DNA from: Patescibacteria group bacterium
GTDB taxonomy: Bacteria; Patescibacteriota; Saccharimonadia; UBA4664
DNA: 64,000 nucleotides
Direction: 5' to 3'
Assembly: GCA_028288925.1 (NCBI GenBank)
Contig: JAQGHG010000019.1
Span: forward strand, 8,047-72,046
The notes under the pieces were generated by a model. That model did no database searches, was not told where the DNA came from, and saw only the letters and a list, made by a program, of their open reading frames with translations. Below, one piece after another: positions 60,580 to 64,000 of this stretch. The position numbers and the translations under genes are program-made. Positions within the stretch are counted from its first letter, which is position 1. Every line of letters starts with the position of its first letter.

Positions 60580-61200
60580 TTAAGGGAGAGGACCGGAGGG
60601 CACAAGCAGCTGCACGATCGCTATGGTAATTTTGGCAACGACAGGCGCGATAAACTGGTAGCCCAAGAGCATTACCAGCAGCAGCACCACAAAGCCCGCT
60701 CGCTCGATGCGATCCATCACATCACGCACGCTCTCCGGCGCTACCGCGTACAACACCCGCGAGCCATCCAGGGGCGGGAACGGAATGAGGTTAAATACGC
60801 CTAAGCCCACGTTGACCACAATGATAGCGCCATAAAAAAGTGCCGCCGTCGGATTATACGGCACAATATGCGCCCACAGCGCGAAGAAGCCGGCGATCAA
60901 GAAGTTGGTGCCCGGACCGGCCGCCGCCACCGCCGCCGCGCCCCACCGGCCGCCCCGCAACGCCCAAGGATTAAACGGCACCGGTTTGGCCGCCGCGAAC
61001 ACCACCGGCGAATGCGCGAATATCAGCAGTAGCGGCAAGAGAAGCGTCGCGATAGGATCGATATGCGCCAGCGGATTGAGCGTGAGCCTCCCGTGCTCCT
61101 TAGCGGTCGTATCACCCAAATGATGCCCCATGAGCGCGTGCGCGAACTCATGAAGTGTCAGGCCAAATATCAGGGCTACAAGCTGCGCGATTAATTCCAT
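60580..61200 (-). CDS. Site-2 protease (M50)
   Basis: LHEFAH, GRLTLNPLAHID, AAAGP, FNLIPFPPLDG. Confidence 0.93.
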   Translation of the reverse strand: MELIAQLVALIFGLTLHEFAHALMGHHLGDTTAKEHGRLTLNPLAHIDPIATLLLPLLLIFAHSPVVFAAAKPVPFNPWALRGGRWGAAAVAAAGPGTNFLIAGFFALWAHIVPYNPTAALFYGAIIVVNVGLGVFNLIPFPPLDGSRVLYAVAPESVRDVMDRIERAGFVVLLLVMLLGYQFIAPVVAKITIAIVQLLVPSGPLP

Positions 61201-61295
61201 GAAATCATTATAGCATTGGGGGTCTTATCATCTGTGAGCTCGATACCGAAGATCAGCGGAGTGGGCTTTCTTTTCGTTTGTTATACTCGAAGAAC

Positions 61296-62075
61296 ATGAA
61301 ACTAATGACGTATAACATCTTGAATGGCGGTGGCGACCGGCTCGGTTTGATAGCAAAAATAATTAATGAGTCTTCTCCGGACTTTCTAACTATCAACGAA
61401 GCAAATGGTTTTGATGAAAACCATAACAAAAAACTCAAAGACTTGTCCCATGCTACAAACATGCCCTACTACCACCTCGCGTTATCAGGTGAATACGATT
61501 ATCACGTTGCCGTTTTGTCAAAACTCCCTCTGAAACACATAGACGAGCTGCATCCTATGATGAGAGCCGGCATATCAGTGGTACTTGATTCGGACATAGG
61601 TGAGATATCTATAATTGGAGCACACCTCACGCCATATTCAGAAAGTTTACGGTTGCCTGAGATCAATCTGCTAATTACCAATCAAAGGGGACACGCCAAC
61701 CGCATCTTAATGGGCGACATGAATTCACTTTCCAAGAATGACAACTATTCTCATTCCATCGTCCAATACTTCAACGAGCCACAGCTCAAGCAGTTTACCA
61801 AAAATGAAAACTTACAATTTGAAATCATCGAAGCGATTGAGGCGTCAGACTATGTAGACGCGGCAGTAGAACTTGGGCGGCAAAGTGAGAATACGCTACC
61901 GGCTTCCAGCAACAAAGATATAGCCCATGCGAACACTAGGCTTGATTACATTTTTGTTTCCCCATCTCTCAAAAGTAAATTAGCCGGTTACTCGGTTATT
62001 AAAAATGAATTGACCGAGCAGGCATCTGACCACTACCCTGTCTTAGTTGAGCTGCGGCTTCGAAGTATGCAATAA
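61296..62075 (+). CDS. Endonuclease/exonuclease/phosphatase (EEP) family protein
   Basis: MTYNI, INE, MGDMN, RLDYIF, SDHYP; AT-richer than flanks. Confidence 0.9.
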   Translation: MKLMTYNILNGGGDRLGLIAKIINESSPDFLTINEANGFDENHNKKLKDLSHATNMPYYHLALSGEYDYHVAVLSKLPLKHIDELHPMMRAGISVVLDSDIGEISIIGAHLTPYSESLRLPEINLLITNQRGHANRILMGDMNSLSKNDNYSHSIVQYFNEPQLKQFTKNENLQFEIIEAIEASDYVDAAVELGRQSENTLPASSNKDIAHANTRLDYIFVSPSLKSKLAGYSVIKNELTEQASDHYPVLVELRLRSMQ

Positions 62076-62151
62076 GAGTCCGCCCCCGCGATTATTGACT
62101 TATCTGATACCATCAGGTACACTGATCAAGTTATTTCAAGGAATATTCGTC

Positions 62152-62406
62152 ATGTCATACGCATGCGACATCACCGGCAAAGGGAAGCAATTCGGTAACA
62201 ACGTACCGTTTTCCCAGAAGAAGACCCGCAAAGTCTGGAAGCCCAACCTCCAGCCCAAGACCATCGTGTTGAACGGCCAAAAGGTACGCCTCAAGCTCGC
62301 GACTTCGACTATCCGCACGCTCAAGAAGTGGGAGCGCGAAGAAGTGGCTAAGGCCGCCAAGCGTGAAGCTGCCCAGCTAGCTAAGCAAACCCCCGCTACT
62401 GCCTAG
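62152..62406 (+). CDS. rpmB: 50S ribosomal protein L28 with Ala/Lys-rich tail
   Basis: CDITGKGKQFGNNV.FS.KKTRK.WKPNLQ; promoter TTGACT-17-TACACT at 62095-62123. Confidence 0.93.
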   Translation: MSYACDITGKGKQFGNNVPFSQKKTRKVWKPNLQPKTIVLNGQKVRLKLATSTIRTLKKWEREEVAKAAKREAAQLAKQTPATA

Positions 62407-62415
62407 TCCCCTGCT

Positions 62416-62454
62416 GCATCAAAAAAACGCCCCATCCGGGGCTTTTTTTGATGC
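62416..62454. terminator. Bidirectional terminator
   Basis: GCATCAAAAAAA-GCCCC...GGGGC-TTTTTTTGATGC. Confidence 0.8.
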
Positions 62455-62465
62455 CTGCCTAATGC

Positions 62466-62881
62466 CTAATCGATCAGGCCCTGCGCCTTGAGGCGCGGAA
62501 TCACCTCGTGTTCGAATATCGAGCCTGTCTTGATGCCCTCAAGCTCAGACGTGACCCAGCGGATCTCCTCCACTTCATTTTGTCCGGCATCGGCTCGCCC
62601 TGCCACTTCTTGACCACAAAGAGATCCATGCGTAGGGACCGGTGCTCCTGCCCAGCCGCCGGCGCATAAAACGTCCCGAACTCTTCCAGGTCGGCTTCGT
62701 CTACAGTGATGCGAAACTCCTCCATGAGCTCCCGCACCAGCGCCTGCCCCACGGTCTCGCCTGGCTCAACTTTGCCACCGGGGTTCAAAAACAACGTTTT
62801 GCCCTCGGACCGCTCCAGCAAGAGCCGCCGGTCACGAATAATGATGCCGCCGGCCTTGTGAATATCCACCTTCCGCTCCAT
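62466..62881 (-). pseudogene. NUDIX hydrolase with frameshift in an A-run near 62580
   Basis: PGGKVEPGE...RELMEE; C-terminus EVEEIRWV...LKAQGLID lies in another frame. Confidence 0.75.
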
Positions 62882-62886
62882 ACCGG

Positions 62887-63513
62887 CTAGGCCCCGGCGC
62901 GCGTCAGCAATACTACCTGCGTCTCAGCCGGTGCTTCTTTGGGATTAACGCGCAACTTACTCTCGGGCTCAGGGCTCACGCCCATCTCCTTCAAAAACAG
63001 CTCCACGCTCGCTTGTGGTACCGCATATGTTGTAATTCCGTCATCATAATGCACCGGAACCACGTAGCCCGGCTCTAGTTGAGCCACTACCGCGGCCGCG
63101 CCTTCGGCGTCGAGCGTCAGGCCGCCCCCGCCCACCGGCACCACTAGCACATCCACCTGACCCAGGTTTTCTATCTGATCCTCATCGAGCTTGCCAGCGA
63201 TATTGCCCGCCACCACCACATTCACGCCGTCGATCTCGATGCTATACACCGACCCCCGGTGCCCAGACTCGTCCATGTGCAGCCGCGCCGGCACGCCCGC
63301 GATCATACTGCCCTTCACCTCGTACTCGCCCGGACTGTCGATCAGCATGGCACCCGGCAAGGTGCGGTAGACTTCACCTTCGCCCTCGGACACATGCGCC
63401 GACCACGTCACTACATCAGCCTTGGCCTTCACCTCGCCGGCCGGGTCACACACCACCGTGAGATTCTTGCCCACCAGCTTCACACTCCCCGCGCCCAAAT
63501 ATGTAATATCCAA
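62887..63513 (-). CDS. MBL-fold metallo-hydrolase-like protein
   Basis: MDITYLG, CDP, PGEYEVKG, VDVLVVPVGG, VVPVHY. Confidence 0.85.
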   Translation of the reverse strand: MDITYLGAGSVKLVGKNLTVVCDPAGEVKAKADVVTWSAHVSEGEGEVYRTLPGAMLIDSPGEYEVKGSMIAGVPARLHMDESGHRGSVYSIEIDGVNVVVAGNIAGKLDEDQIENLGQVDVLVVPVGGGGLTLDAEGAAAVVAQLEPGYVVPVHYDDGITTYAVPQASVELFLKEMGVSPEPESKLRVNPKEAPAETQVVLLTRAGA

Positions 63514-63526
63514 TTGATACCTCCCG

Positions 63527-64000
63527 TTACTGCGTTAATCGTCCGCGGCCTTGAACCGCCGGCGCACTTGTTACACTCACATACTCCCCGAACTTCACAT
63601 CACTATGCGCCAGGGGCTTCTCCTGCCCGTCGATCAATACGATCTTCTTGGCCTCCAGCACACCGGTGATGAACCGGTCATTCAGGCTCAACCGGTACTG
63701 ATACTCATCCGGCGTCAAAACCGAATAATTCAACTCGCGGCCCATTTCCTTCTCCGTATCTCCAACTATCTTGGCCAGCCGGGTCTTGTTCACATCACCC
63801 ACTACAAAGATATCGATGTTGGTGCGGCTATCACGCGTAAACGTCCCGGTCAAAAACGCGAACGTGATCGCTCCCGTGGATCGCAACCGCTTGATGATCT
63901 TATCCTCCTCCCGCGTCTCCTTGACCACCGGATCCGTAGACTTAATAGGCATGGTAGTAAAGATGCTCCGCAGCTGCTCGTAGTACTCGTATTTGGGGTT
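63527..64000 (-). CDS. C-terminal part of a nucleotidyltransferase-like domain protein (5' end outside window)
   Basis: LTGTF...IDIFVVG, GRELNYSVLT.DEY.YR; frame open to the window edge. Confidence 0.7.
   Translation of the reverse strand, partial: NPKYEYYEQLRSIFTTMPIKSTDPVVKETREEDKIIKRLRSTGAITFAFLTGTFTRDSRTNIDIFVVGDVNKTRLAKIVGDTEKEMGRELNYSVLTPDEYQYRLSLNDRFITGVLEAKKIVLIDGQEKPLAHSDVKFGEYVSVTSAPAVQGRGRLTQ

Overview
Chromosomal window of a moderately high-GC Patescibacteria (CPR) bacterium, most likely Saccharimonadia. This assignment is an inference from compact gene content, CPR-typical genes and frequent leaderless-type starts. Housekeeping genes are argS, smpB, ssrA (tmRNA), rnpB, two tRNA-Pro, infC-rpmI-rplT, rpmB, def, comM, guaB and carAB. 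The window also has a trehalase/alpha-glucosidase/ROK operon, several glycosyltransferases, a PilB-like ATPase, five NUDIX genes, two toxin-antitoxin loci and three frameshifted genes. No integrase, transposase, prophage or CRISPR array is visible. The best leads are: (1) a TPP-riboswitch-like RNA lacking the pyrophosphate-sensing P5 arm, upstream of a DMT transporter; (2) an unannotated promoter-to-terminator small RNA after smpB with two-block complementarity to the 5' end of a transcript starting at the window edge; (3) a three-gene HigB/HigA(+tail)/beta-rich-protein module beside tmRNA that resembles a toxin-antitoxin-chaperone system; (4) a helicase-nuclease/SprT/ADP-ribosyltransferase-like operon; (5) recurrent intergenic operator motifs. 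All family calls come from motif recognition by eye, not database searches.
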